DNA of 63,093 bases, counting the filler, from Octopus bimaculoides (Eukaryota), in the NCBI RefSeq assembly GCF_001194135.2. It is 7 parts of 7 records of this genome, joined end to end, with 100 filler letters (N's around TTAATTAATTAA, not from the genome) between each part and the next. Parts side by side here need not be neighbours in the genome. Positions count along the whole stretch, not along the records: positions 58,741 to 63,093 come from NC_068982.1; 6 more parts are not named here. One strand, given 5' to 3'. The translations under genes were made by a program, and so were the position numbers. Shown in pieces: positions 62,914 through 63,093 of the stretch (positions are counted from its first letter, which is position 1; each line of letters starts with the position of its first letter). Below the pieces are notes generated by a model. The model ran no database searches. It saw only the letters and a list, made by a program, of their open reading frames with translations, and was not told where the DNA came from.

Positions 62914-63093
62914 TATGTTTGACTTTTGTTTTGCATTTGTACAAGTTGGATCCAAGTCTCACCCAGAGACCTCAAGAGACAACAAGTTAGAAGTTCATGT
63001 AGGTGTTATGCCTAGGGTACCATATATTTGGATTTGTACAGTTTTGTTCAAGTGAATGTTTAAGAAACCATAAGAAAATTATGTTTGCTTTAA
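62914..63093 (-). mobile_element. Probable 3' UTR of a (TAA)n-tailed non-LTR element
   Basis: Non-repetitive segment ending in a (TAA)n tail on the minus strand and abutting (GAA)n. No coding motif is visible within the window. Confidence 0.4.

Overview
AT-rich, microsatellite- and TE-saturated eukaryotic scaffold with many N gaps. The SINE/LINE repertoire and N50-TTAATTAATTAA-N50 joins suggest an Octopus-type cephalopod draft assembly (inference). Two host genes are supportable. (1) The 5' part of V-ATPase subunit H (ATP6V1H) on the minus strand, reconstructed by hand as five GT-AG coding exons (16525-16462, 6265-6184, 3840-3741, 2838-2749, 959-846); it continues beyond the left edge and is missed by the ORF track. 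(2) An intact, intronless, divergent 418-aa IFRD-family ORF (39855-41111, +) with a candidate 5'-UTR intron and a perfect 26-bp hairpin downstream, consistent with a retained retrogene. The rest is tRNA-derived SINEs, RTE, R4/Dong-type and Penelope-like retroelement remnants, hAT, Chapaev-like and mariner transposase relics, MITEs, Helitron-like ends and tandem repeats. The most unusual non-genic signals are five hammerhead-ribozyme-like cores (one with a CUGUUGA variant), an inverted pair of young MITEs with telomeric palindromes inside ATP6V1H intron 1, a (TTAGGG)6 tract replacing part of a LINE, and a 5'-inverted Penelope element. TE boundaries are approximate and were assigned by eye.
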